NCBI GenBank assembly: GCA_963700285.1
Contig: CAVOXA010000014.1
Coordinates: 480,001-544,000 of the forward strand
DNA: 64,000 nucleotides
Source of the DNA: an uncultured Chloroflexia bacterium
GTDB lineage: Bacteria > Chloroflexota > Anaerolineae > JAAYZQ01
Direction of reading: 5' to 3'
In this document: one piece after another, positions 35,760 through 45,330 of the stretch
Layout: every line of letters begins with the position of its first letter
How positions within the stretch are numbered: position 1 is the stretch's first letter
The notes under the pieces: generated by a model
Database searches by the model: none
What the model saw: the letters and a program-made list of their open reading frames with translations, nothing else
Told to the model about the DNA's origin: nothing
Position numbers and translations under genes: made by a program

Positions 35760-36461
35760 TTGAACAAGGGGACAGAATTCGCCTTCCGCGCCGTGGATCT
35801 GACACGGAGTTTTGCCGTGGGCGAGACCAAGATCGACGCGCTGCGTGGCATCAACCTGGTAGTGAGCAAAGGGCAGTTCGTGGCACTGGTAGGTCCTTCG
35901 GGATCGGGAAAGTCCACCCTGCTCAACCTGGTAGGCGGGCTGGATCGGCCTACCGGGGGCCAACTGTGGGTGGGAGGTGTAGAACTGAGCGCCAGCAAGG
36001 AGAAAGCCCTGATAGAGCATCGGCGGCAGCGGGTGGGTTTTGTCTTCCAAAGCTTTAACCTCCTGCCCCGTCTGACAGCCCTGGAAAACGTCGCGTTGCC
36101 GCTCATGTTTGTCGGGAAACCGGAGAAGGAGCGACTCCATCGGGCGCAGAACCTACTGGCCAGTATCGGGCTAAGGGAGCGCATGGACCACCGTCCAAAC
36201 CAACTGTCAGGCGGCGAGCAGCAACGAGTGGCCATCGCCCGCGCGTTGGTGGGCCAGCCAGCCATCATCCTGGCCGACGAGCCGACGGGGAACCTGGATA
36301 GCACCACCGGCAGCGAGATTATGGCCGTTCTCCGCCGGCTGAATCGGGTCGAGGGGGTAACCCTGTTGTTGGTAACCCATGACCCTGAGGCAGCCTCCTT
36401 TGCAGATCGCGTCGTCCAGTTGCGTGACGGCCAGATCGTTGAAACGGGAGGGCAACCATGA
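35760..36461 (+). CDS. ABC ATPase (LolD/MacB-type)
   Basis: GPSGSGKST, LSGGEQQRVAIAR, LADEPTGNLD. Confidence 0.95.
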   Translation: MNKGTEFAFRAVDLTRSFAVGETKIDALRGINLVVSKGQFVALVGPSGSGKSTLLNLVGGLDRPTGGQLWVGGVELSASKEKALIEHRRQRVGFVFQSFNLLPRLTALENVALPLMFVGKPEKERLHRAQNLLASIGLRERMDHRPNQLSGGEQQRVAIARALVGQPAIILADEPTGNLDSTTGSEIMAVLRRLNRVEGVTLLLVTHDPEAASFADRVVQLRDGQIVETGGQP

Positions 36462-37723
36462 GCCTCCGAGATATCCTGCAGACTGCCTTGAGCAACCTCA
36501 GCCGCCACAGGGCCCGAACAGCACTAACCACCGTTGGCGTCATCGTCGGCATTCTGACCATCGTCACCATGGTGTCGCTGGGCATCGGCGTCCAGAGCGA
36601 AATGCAGAACACTTTTGGCAGCGTTGGTCTGGAGGGAATTCGGCTCTATCCGGAAACGGAGGAGGCTGGATCCTACCAGGTCTTTGGCGAGCCAGTGCGC
36701 ACAGCCCTGCTGACACCCGAGTTGGTCCGCGCTCTGGAGGCCCGGGACGACGTAGTCGAGGTGGTCCCGTTCCTGCGTATCCCTGGCAGTATGCACGTCA
36801 CGGTTCGGACGGACGAACAGGAAACCGAGGCCAGGCCCTGGGGACCCCAGCCCGGCAACGTTGGGGAACCCTTTATTGAGCGCACCAAAGCACTAGCTGG
36901 GAGCACGATTCCACCCGAGGCCGGGGGCGGCGCAGTGTTCGGCGAGGGCCTCATCACAAGACTCGGGTACCAACCGGGCGATGCCCCTGAGCTTGTTGGA
37001 AAGAAGGTAGAGATTGTGCTCTATGCTCCCCGTGGCGAATCGCAGGCTTTCGACCTTCAGATAGTCGGCATTACCGATCAGCGGCAGAACAGCCTGGCCC
37101 TGGCTCTGCCAGACAGGCTGGATATGCTGTCCTGGTGGTACGACGATCCCGAGTATCTGGCTCACCGGGGATACGATGAGGTTTTCGTCCGAGCCGCCTC
37201 GCTCAACGACGCCAGCCAGATCGTGGATTGGTTGAGCGAGGAGGGCTATCGGGTCCAGTCGCTCAAGATGATGCTCGACATGGCAAACCGGGGGATGGTC
37301 ATTATCCAGACGATGCTGGCGTCGGTAGGTGCGTTGGCCCTGCTGGTGGCCAGTATCGGCATCGCCAACACGATGATCATGGCGGTCTATGAACGAACGA
37401 AGGAGATAGGCATTCTGAAGGCTGTGGGCGCCTCCCCAGGCCAGATCCGGACGCTCTTTGTGCTGGAGGCATCGCTCATTGGCCTCATGGGCGGCATCAT
37501 CGGCACGATCCTGGGCTGGTTGCTGGGCAAGGCCCTCAACGTACTCATATTAGAAATCCTGCGCTGGCAGGAAGTCAACGTACAAGGCACCTTTTTTGTC
37601 GTATCGTGGTGGCTGGTACTTGCTGCGCTGGCTTTTGCCACGCTGATTGGTCTGCTGGCAGGGCTTTATCCCGCTGCCCGCGCCGCCAGGCTTGCTCCGC
37701 TGGATGCACTGCGGTACGAGTGA
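36458..37723 (+). CDS. MacB/FtsX-family ABC permease
   Basis: RTALTTVGVIVG, GIANTMIMAVYERTKEIGILKAVGA, YPAARAARLAPLDALRYE. Confidence 0.95.
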   Translation: MSLRDILQTALSNLSRHRARTALTTVGVIVGILTIVTMVSLGIGVQSEMQNTFGSVGLEGIRLYPETEEAGSYQVFGEPVRTALLTPELVRALEARDDVVEVVPFLRIPGSMHVTVRTDEQETEARPWGPQPGNVGEPFIERTKALAGSTIPPEAGGGAVFGEGLITRLGYQPGDAPELVGKKVEIVLYAPRGESQAFDLQIVGITDQRQNSLALALPDRLDMLSWWYDDPEYLAHRGYDEVFVRAASLNDASQIVDWLSEEGYRVQSLKMMLDMANRGMVIIQTMLASVGALALLVASIGIANTMIMAVYERTKEIGILKAVGASPGQIRTLFVLEASLIGLMGGIIGTILGWLLGKALNVLILEILRWQEVNVQGTFFVVSWWLVLAALAFATLIGLLAGLYPAARAARLAPLDALRYE

Positions 37724-37768
37724 GGGCTGCGCAGTCAGTCATGTTCCGGCCCAGCAGAACGGAAGCGG

Positions 37769-38467
37769 CTATATCTGCCTTACGAAGCGATAGCCTACTC
37801 CGTGCTCGGTGCGTATGTAGGTCGGATGGCTGGGATCGGGCTCCAGCTTCTGGCGCAGACGCCAAATGTAGAGTTTTACATAGTCCAATTCATTCACGTA
37901 CTCCTGGCCCCAAACGGATTCCAAGATGCGTGAAGTGGGGAGTATGCGACCCATATTCTCGGCCAGGAGAAAGAGCAGCCGGCGCTCTGTCGCCGTCAGT
38001 TCCACCGGCTTGCCGCGCCGGCTGACCTCCCACCGTTCCGAATCGATTACCAACTCGTCGTCAGCGTAGAGCACTTGATCCTGGCCGGATGCGTTCAGAC
38101 GCGAGCGCCGCAGGACGCTCTGGATCCTGGCCTCCAACTCTCGTAGACTGAAGGGCTTGGCCACATAATCGTCCGCACCCATTTGCAGCCCACGTACCTT
38201 GTCGGCCTCCTGACCGCGGGCGGTCAGCATGATGATGGGGATGGTGGACACTTCCCGGATGCGGCTGCAGACCTCCCAGCCATCCAGCCTGGGCATCATG
38301 ATATCAAGTAGAATCAGATCGGGCCGTTCTACGAACAGTTTCTGCAGTCCTTCACGACCATCACCGGCAGTGGCAATGACAAACCCAGCCGTTGTCAGGT
38401 ACAACTTGAGTGCCTCTACCAGGTTGGAATCATCCTCTATGAGCAGCAGCTTGGTCTGGGATTCCAT
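37769..38467 (-). CDS. OmpR/KdpE-like response regulator
   Basis: LIEDD, LLDIMMP, KPFS, VKLYIWRLRQKLEPDP..IRTEHGVGY. Confidence 0.95.
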   Translation of the reverse strand: MESQTKLLLIEDDSNLVEALKLYLTTAGFVIATAGDGREGLQKLFVERPDLILLDIMMPRLDGWEVCSRIREVSTIPIIMLTARGQEADKVRGLQMGADDYVAKPFSLRELEARIQSVLRRSRLNASGQDQVLYADDELVIDSERWEVSRRGKPVELTATERRLLFLLAENMGRILPTSRILESVWGQEYVNELDYVKLYIWRLRQKLEPDPSHPTYIRTEHGVGYRFVRQI

Positions 38468-41400
38468 CAATCCACTCCCCCCCTGCAGTGGTGGCCAGCC
38501 AGGCCTCGGCCTTGACCGGCAGGGTCACTGAGAATCGCGTTTCTACACCCGGCTCGCTTTGCACCTCGATGGTACCATCGTGCATTTCCACTGCCTCCTT
38601 GGCCAGCACAAGGCCCAAACCGGTCCCCCGGATCCCGGCCTCCCGTACCAGCCTCGAGCGATAGAATTTTGTGAATAGAAGCGGGATATCCTCCTGGGGA
38701 ATGCCTATCCCATGGTCTGCAACTTCGATAATCAGAACATCGCCCTCGGCTCTGACCGCCACGGATATCAGGCCACCTTCAGAACTGAACTTGATTGCAT
38801 TGCTGACAAGGTTTTTGATCACTATGGTAATCATCTCCTTGTCACCGATGATAAGCGGCAGCTTCGAAGGCATATCGAGCTGGACAGCTATGTTCTTTTT
38901 TGAGATCTGTATGTCAAGGAGTGCAATGACGCCATCAATAACTTCGTTGATAGACAGAAAGTCCATCCGCGCGGTATATCGCTCGGACTCTAGGCGGGAC
39001 AGATCCAGCAGACCATTGATCAGCTCGGTGAGCCAGTCCGTCTCCTGGTCAATGATTGTCAGGAATCGGTGGCGGACCGCCCGATCATCACCCTCCAGGT
39101 TGTCCAAGAGCAGCTCCGTATAGGCCTTGATAGAGGCCAAGGGTGCCCGAAGCTCGTGGGAAACGTTGGCCACGATGCTGGACTTGAGCCGGTCGACCTC
39201 TTTCAGGCGACTGACGTCCGAGAAATTGAACAGGTACCCCTCGCGGATAGGGGTGACACCCAGAAGGACGTCACGGGTACGAGTCTTACCCTCCAGGCTT
39301 GCCTCGATGGGAGCAACCCGCTTACCTGATAGCATTACTTCACATAGCAGGCTGTCTTCTCCCCACAACTCGGGTGGAAACACGTCACACAGTTGCTTGC
39401 CCAGGAGTTCGTGAGCACCGTAGCCGGTCAAGGTTTCAACCTCAGGATTCACGGCGAGAATCGTCTGGGCCGGATCCACCACCATGATCCCCGAAAATGC
39501 CTGCTCCACGATGGTCTCTGTCCGCTCTTTCTCCTCCATGGTCTCTTCGTAAAGCCGGGCGTTCTCGATGGCGATGGTCGCCTGGGTACCGATGGTGGTG
39601 GCCAAATTGACTTGCTCTTCATTGAACTGACGGCCACCTTGCACATGGTCCAGCACCATCAGGCCGATGGCCTGGTCTTTTCTGACCAGAGGAACCACAA
39701 GCAGGCTCTTGATACCAAAAGGCTCGATCCACCTGGGGGGCAGGAGCGAGATCGCTCCCTCATCGATGATAACCGGCTTCCGCTCCGTGAGTACCCGCTG
39801 GATCAGCGGGACTTGGTCCACGGTTTCGATGTAGGTCTCCTGCTTGAATGCCCTCCACAGAACCCTGTTGTTGACCCCTTCCCTCCCATGGCCAAACTGA
39901 GACATCAGCGGGATGAGCCGGCCACCCTCTTTGTCCAGGAGCAGGATGCTGCACCGATCGACGTTACAGACCTCTGCCGTCCTCCGGGATATAATCTCCA
40001 GGAGTCGATCCAAATCCAAGGTCGAGCTGACTGCCCTCGCGATGTCCAGGTGAGCCAGAGATTCCTCGGCCTTGCGCTGTTCCAGGGAAAAGAGCCAGGC
40101 ATTCTGGACTGCTACTGCCGTCTGGTTGGCCAGCGTGGTAAGGATTTGTTGTTCATCCTGGGAATAGGGGATCTCTGAACGCTTGGGACCCAAGACCAAG
40201 ATACCGATCAATTCATCCCTCACCGAAAGCGGAACGGAAACCTCCGCGTCCATGCGATCGAGATCCTGGCGCTCCTGGACCCACAGCGCCTTGAACTGGG
40301 GAATCACGTCCATTTGATGCCGGGTCAGAGATCTGTCATTGTCAACCAACCACTTCACCAGGGGATGGTCCCCTCTCAGCTTGAGACCCAACCTGCCACC
40401 CAATCCCCTTTGGGCCATCAGGTGATACTCTCCGCTTTCTTCCCGCCTTAGAAACAGGGCCGCCCGCTCTATGTGCATCGTCGTCGTGATTTCGTCCAAG
40501 ATCATGCGCATGAGGCTGTCCAGATCTAGGACGGAGGCCACGGTACGACTGAGCCGCTGGATCATCAAGCTAGCATCGTATTTTTCGCGAAAGAACCAGC
40601 GGTCGAACCAGGACTGAGCCCGATTCCAAATGGGCTGGACAACAATGGCCGTAACAGTGGCCAAGGCCAGGGACAGCAAAAAGACCTGGTAGCCGAGAAC
40701 CAGGTGAAGCAGGTTCACGCCAAAGTACACGATAAGAAAGTAGCCGGTACCGAGGATCGCGGTGGGGATCGAGTAAAGCAAACCCTTGCGGATAACAACT
40801 GTAATATCGAAGAGCTGGAAGCGGAGGATAGCATAGAAAATCAGAATGGCGTTGATGACGTTGGCAGTTATGTCTATAGGATACGCCTTCAGTTCAGGGC
40901 TGTAGTTGATCGCAGATCCCAGAAAGAGAATGGCCAAACCAGATAGCAAGTATCTAAGTTGGCTGCGCTCGATGATGGACGTCGAGCGCCGATAGCGAGC
41001 GGCGAGGTTAACGAAACTGTACATGAGATAGCCAAAGAGGTAGAGGCCGATTGGGAAAGTGAGAAACCCAAAGCGGGGCAACCAGAATGTCGAGTCGGAG
41101 AACTTGTACATGGCATCGATCACAAAAGGTCCACCCAACAGAGTCCACAAGGCTATCAGGACTCCGGCGACATAGCCAATTCTGATCACCCAGCGATGGG
41201 TATGGATTCCCAAAAAGTCCCTGGTGAATTGAGCGTAGAAGAGACCGAAGGCACTGCCAAGCCCTATTACGATCCTGTACCACTGCAGCGCCATCTCTGG
41301 GGTAGAGGAGAAGGCCGCCCCCGTACTGCCGATCTGCCAGACCAGCATGGCCAACAAGAACAGCGCAAAGGAGCGAACATTCTTCCTCCACAGATGGGGC

Positions 41401-41468
41401 CGGAGCAGCAACAGCAGAAGGAGGTAGCAAGCCAGGGCAATCAGGCACATGACCTGAATGAGGGTCAT
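38430..41468 (-). CDS. Sensor histidine kinase: N-terminal multi-TM (HisKA_7TM-like), two GAF, PAS, HisKA, HATPase
   Basis: About 9 hydrophobic helices ending YAILRFQLFDI; two LANQTAVAVQNA-type GAF ends; VSHELRAPL; GTGLGL; ATG overlaps the methyltransferase stop. Confidence 0.93.
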   Translation of the reverse strand: MTLIQVMCLIALACYLLLLLLLRPHLWRKNVRSFALFLLAMLVWQIGSTGAAFSSTPEMALQWYRIVIGLGSAFGLFYAQFTRDFLGIHTHRWVIRIGYVAGVLIALWTLLGGPFVIDAMYKFSDSTFWLPRFGFLTFPIGLYLFGYLMYSFVNLAARYRRSTSIIERSQLRYLLSGLAILFLGSAINYSPELKAYPIDITANVINAILIFYAILRFQLFDITVVIRKGLLYSIPTAILGTGYFLIVYFGVNLLHLVLGYQVFLLSLALATVTAIVVQPIWNRAQSWFDRWFFREKYDASLMIQRLSRTVASVLDLDSLMRMILDEITTTMHIERAALFLRREESGEYHLMAQRGLGGRLGLKLRGDHPLVKWLVDNDRSLTRHQMDVIPQFKALWVQERQDLDRMDAEVSVPLSVRDELIGILVLGPKRSEIPYSQDEQQILTTLANQTAVAVQNAWLFSLEQRKAEESLAHLDIARAVSSTLDLDRLLEIISRRTAEVCNVDRCSILLLDKEGGRLIPLMSQFGHGREGVNNRVLWRAFKQETYIETVDQVPLIQRVLTERKPVIIDEGAISLLPPRWIEPFGIKSLLVVPLVRKDQAIGLMVLDHVQGGRQFNEEQVNLATTIGTQATIAIENARLYEETMEEKERTETIVEQAFSGIMVVDPAQTILAVNPEVETLTGYGAHELLGKQLCDVFPPELWGEDSLLCEVMLSGKRVAPIEASLEGKTRTRDVLLGVTPIREGYLFNFSDVSRLKEVDRLKSSIVANVSHELRAPLASIKAYTELLLDNLEGDDRAVRHRFLTIIDQETDWLTELINGLLDLSRLESERYTARMDFLSINEVIDGVIALLDIQISKKNIAVQLDMPSKLPLIIGDKEMITIVIKNLVSNAIKFSSEGGLISVAVRAEGDVLIIEVADHGIGIPQEDIPLLFTKFYRSRLVREAGIRGTGLGLVLAKEAVEMHDGTIEVQSEPGVETRFSVTLPVKAEAWLATTAGGEWIDGIPDQAAAHRG

Positions 41469-42187
41469 CTTGCGTTCTCTCGCACCGCTTTCATGATCAA
41501 GGCAGAGGGATACCAGAAGCGGCGTGGAGGCCACTCTACCATCTGGATCTCCTTGAAACCAAAGCCCGATAGGATCTCACGCCACTCATCCGCTGAATGG
41601 ATATGCGAGAAGGCATCCGCCTCTGCCTGGGCCCGTGGGCTTCTCTTGATCAGCCTGTATACTGACACAATGGCCCGCATGAGCACACGCCCCGGCAGCG
41701 AGCGCCAGTGAGAAGGGGCGGCCATGTCGGCCATAACAAGGTGGCCGGCCCCCGCCAGCACACGGTTGATCTCTCCAAGCAACTGTGTCGCATCCATGTG
41801 GTGCATGCCCAGACCACAGACAACTGCGTCAAACCTACCCGCCACAAGCGGCATTTCCATGGCTGAAGCGCACACCAGGCGGACGCGATGGGTCAAACCC
41901 GCCGCCTCAATGTTCTTGATACCATAATCGAGCATGGCAGGCGTGACATCCAGCCCTACAACCCGGGTACCATCACCCGCTCTGGCCGTGATCTCGGAAC
42001 TGCTCACCGCGGTGCCGCAGGCCACGTCCAGAACGATATCTCCGTCGTTCATGGGCACCATTCCGGCCAGGTAACCGACGAATTCCCGGTAGCCCAAACC
42101 GCAGAATTCGCGAACTTCGCGGTCGACGGTCTCTTCATAGTGAGGCGCCAATTCGGTAAAGGCATCAATGACTACATTGTCGCCCAC
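41465..42187 (-). CDS. Class I SAM-dependent methyltransferase
   Basis: VLDVACGTA, VVGLDVTPAML, FDAVVCGLGMHH. Confidence 0.9.
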   Translation of the reverse strand: MGDNVVIDAFTELAPHYEETVDREVREFCGLGYREFVGYLAGMVPMNDGDIVLDVACGTAVSSSEITARAGDGTRVVGLDVTPAMLDYGIKNIEAAGLTHRVRLVCASAMEMPLVAGRFDAVVCGLGMHHMDATQLLGEINRVLAGAGHLVMADMAAPSHWRSLPGRVLMRAIVSVYRLIKRSPRAQAEADAFSHIHSADEWREILSGFGFKEIQMVEWPPRRFWYPSALIMKAVRENAR

Positions 42188-43807
42188 TATGCCTCCCTGG
42201 CAAGCTCAGCGCTGATGTCCAGAAGCCTCGCGACAATCTCGGCAGAAGGCTGCATACGAGGGGGTTTCAAATGGCCAATATCTGCCCCTTCGGTCTGCTT
42301 TTGCTCCAGATAGCGCCGAAATGTCCCCAGCGAAAGAGTGGAAATCCTGAAGGGATTCATCTTCATGATGTCATAGTAGGTAGCATAGTCTTCTACGCAC
42401 TCTACCAAGGCGCTGTGCAATTCAGTGGCCAGCTTCTCTGATTTGAGGTCTTCACCCTCGACGCACATGTGAATGACGGCGTCCTTTTCTTCGGAAACAT
42501 ATTCCTTGCGCGCCGTCCAATCCACCAACGATAGATCCAGTCGACCGATACCCTGCCAGATTGCCCGCTCAGTCAGAAGTACAAGGCTGCCCAGATCGAT
42601 AACATCATCAGCTCTAGACTCCATCACCATCTGGGGCAAATCAATGCCCAGCTCCTCGTCGCGCACGGCGAGGATGCTGATCAGGTCACCGATAATGTAC
42701 CGGACAAAGGCCCCGCCAGCAAAACTCGTCCCGAGCAGGACATACCTGCCTGGCCCAACCTGATTCATCAGCAACGTCCTAGGTTTGTGCGTCGGGTCTT
42801 GGCGCCAGGCATAGTACTCCTCCTCGGGCATGAACTCCCAAAGAGCGCTGTCTGGCGAAAAGGTCAGCCCATCGCTCTTGGCTCCCCAGGCTTGAATCGC
42901 AATGGTCCCAAACTCAGTACAAGCATACGCTTCCAGCGGATCACAGCCCCACATGGCCTCGATCCGTTTCTTGTAGATCTGCACATCCATCCCAGAGGCT
43001 ACGATTCCCTTCGGACTCCAGAGATCCCTGGGCAGCATGGACCTGCGCTGCAACTTGCTTGATGCGAGAGCCTTCCCAAGGCGATAGATGGCCATCGGAC
43101 GCAAAAGCTCCTTCGATGCGGATAGCTGGCCGGAACCCTGGGAAAAAGCCTCACCCATGCGCAGCAGGACCGACCCGATCCCCACAAAATACCCGATCCC
43201 TGTCTCTATCGAACGCAGAAAAGCTTGATTGAGACGTTCTTCGAAGCTCATTTCCTCCGCCTCAGGGATGGGAGGGATGAAGCGGAAGGGAAATTCCTCA
43301 GAGATCGCTCTCATGCTTGTCCCCGAGATATAGGGCGGGGGAGCAACGGCATACAAGAAACGTTCCACCCTCTTCGAGGTTGATATCGCCTTTGTCCTTT
43401 GCGCTGGCCAACATCAGGGTGGCAAGTAGATACTTGCCGGTCAGCGAATAGAACTGGTGCGAGGTGGGGACCATCTTGCCAGTGTACTCCCCCGACCTGC
43501 CCGAAGTTCGCATCCAGCAGTAGGGTTTGACTGGCAGCACATCTTCCCTCTGAGGCTCGAGGTATTCCACATAGTCCTTGTAGGTCGTTATCGGAGCCAT
43601 CCGCCGGAAATCCTCTAGACTCTCCGGCATGTCTGCGCCGATAATCCTCCTCCCCAACTCACAGGCACCCAGGAGATGCAACTGCTCCATCAGCAGACGC
43701 TCTTGAATGCCCATGAACTCATCGATGGTCAGGTCAAAGAAACCACAGTACTTGTTCCATAGTTCGTCCTTGCGTCCTTGTCTGAGCAGCTCTGCGGCAG
43801 TTGCCAT
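42187..43807 (-). CDS. GH3-family (ANL superfamily) acyl-acid amido synthetase-like protein, one frameshift near 43368
   Basis: APITTYKDY, RTSGRSG (A3 loop), YACTE (A5), VRYIIGD (A7), SRADD. Confidence 0.85.
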
Positions 43808-44028
43808 TTCACATGTCCTTTACTGTGTATGAGTGGTAAGTCCAGTGGTTCCAGCGCCGCCTTGCGCAAGTGCTTTTGGAGAATCCTGAAAGGCAACGCG
43901 CGTTGAAGTCATCCAACAAGCTGAGCGTGTTGCACCCCAATTGATCGATCGGCATGACTGGATTGCGAAGGTACATTGGGTTTGAGCAAGCTAAGAAACC
44001 ATTGCCCTGCACCAGTGCTCCTCGCCTC

Positions 44029-44057
44029 TTGCTATACGGCAAGTACTATGATATAAT
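44029..44057 (+). promoter_or_regulatory. sigma70 promoter divergent from the GH3 operon
   Basis: TTGCTA-17 nt-TATAAT with TG extension. Confidence 0.65.
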
Positions 44058-44101
44058 GGCTCCAGGAGAATGCAAGGCAGAAACTACAAAGGAGTCGATT
44101 C

Positions 44102-44782
44102 ATGAAAAAGCCATCATCTTGTGCAGTCATCCTTCTGGCTTTTCACCAGTGTTGCCCGCCCTGGCCTCGAAGAGTTCGGACTATGAGCGTACCTTCTGGA
44201 CCACCGGTTGACACCACGGTCTACGATAACGAGTCTGAAGGGAATCCATGCGGGACACATGGAACATTCTTCAGGAGGAGGGTTCATCCTCTGCCCACGG
44301 TCCGCCCACTTCGGGTGGGGAAAACGATCGCGACTGAAGGGTGACCCATACTGCGCAATGTGGGTCCAGGGGCGGAGATATGGACGGCCTGATAGCACTA
44401 CAGGTTGCTCCCGGGCAGCGCCCATATCGAGACTGGCACCGGGCAGGTCGAATGCGGTGTCAGTGCCCGAGATCCATTTATCGATCCGAATGCATCCAGA
44501 TCAGTGCCGGAAAGGGGTCTAGTGGATTTTAACCCTGAAACGGGGACAGGCTCGGGCATGGGCACCAACCAGGGCAAACTCTGGTGACATCTGATAACGG
44601 AAAGATTTAATCGCGGTTCTCCTTTGCTGGGCAAGACTGACTCCGTTAGCGTCTGGGGTCGCTTCAATGTCCTGGGCGGAACAGGTCGGTATAAGAATCT
44701 TGAAGGCAATGGAATATATCGGGGCATGGCTGGCCTGATTTTAACGGTCAAGTACACCGGCCGCTACTGCGGTCCAGCGTAG
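44102..44782 (+). pseudogene. Multiply frameshifted secreted beta-barrel-like protein (pseudogene or sequencing errors)
   Basis: AAGGAG RBS, MKK..VLPALA signal-like start, fragments VDFNPETGTGSG and WGRFNVLGGTGRYKNLEGNGIYRG..YTGRYCGPA*. Confidence 0.5.
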
Positions 44783-44789
44783 AACTGGT

Positions 44790-44824
44790 GCGGGTGGCTG
44801 CCTTTGCCTGAGGCAGCTACCCGC
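44790..44824. terminator. Hairpin between convergent genes
   Basis: GCGGGTGGCTGCCT-7 nt-AGGCAGCTACCCGC. Confidence 0.55.
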
Positions 44825-45330
44825 GACCCTGCCGCCATTTGACCAGGTAGCGCCCATACGCCAGTGCTCTTGCCACCTGCCTCTCTATCTCCTTTCTTGC
44901 GCGATTGATCTGGAAACGGGCCCACTCTCCGGCCGGTGGGCGCTAGGCATCCTGGGGGGCCAGTGCGCCGCGGGCCGGCCAAGGCCAAGCCTTCCCGCCT
45001 CACCTCAACAGGAATAAACACCGTCACTCCGCCTCCGCAAGACTAGCCTGGCAGAACCATGATAGCGTCTCCAGGTCTGCCTATAGCAACAGTATAACAG
45101 ATCCTCCTGGTTTGACAAGTGCGCAACAACTTGACCTCATCTTATGCTGTCTGCTTGCGTCCTGCTATCTAGGAACCGCTCAAGGCAGCCAGAGTATACG
45201 GGTTGGGGGCTGGGGGCGAACGCATGAGCCGCGACGGCCCAGTGACCGTTCATCGTGTCAGTCGACCGCAGGCTTGCCAACGAGGGCGAAAGATAGTACA
45301 ATTGGCCACAGAAAGGAACAGAGGAATCGC

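Noticed and set aside
37769-44782. A literal bacterial jasmonate pathway (AOC-like barrel, JAR1-like GH3, methyltransferase)
   Set aside because: The analogy is only family-level; there is no lipoxygenase or AOS here, the methyltransferase is not SABATH, and the barrel call rests on one short motif
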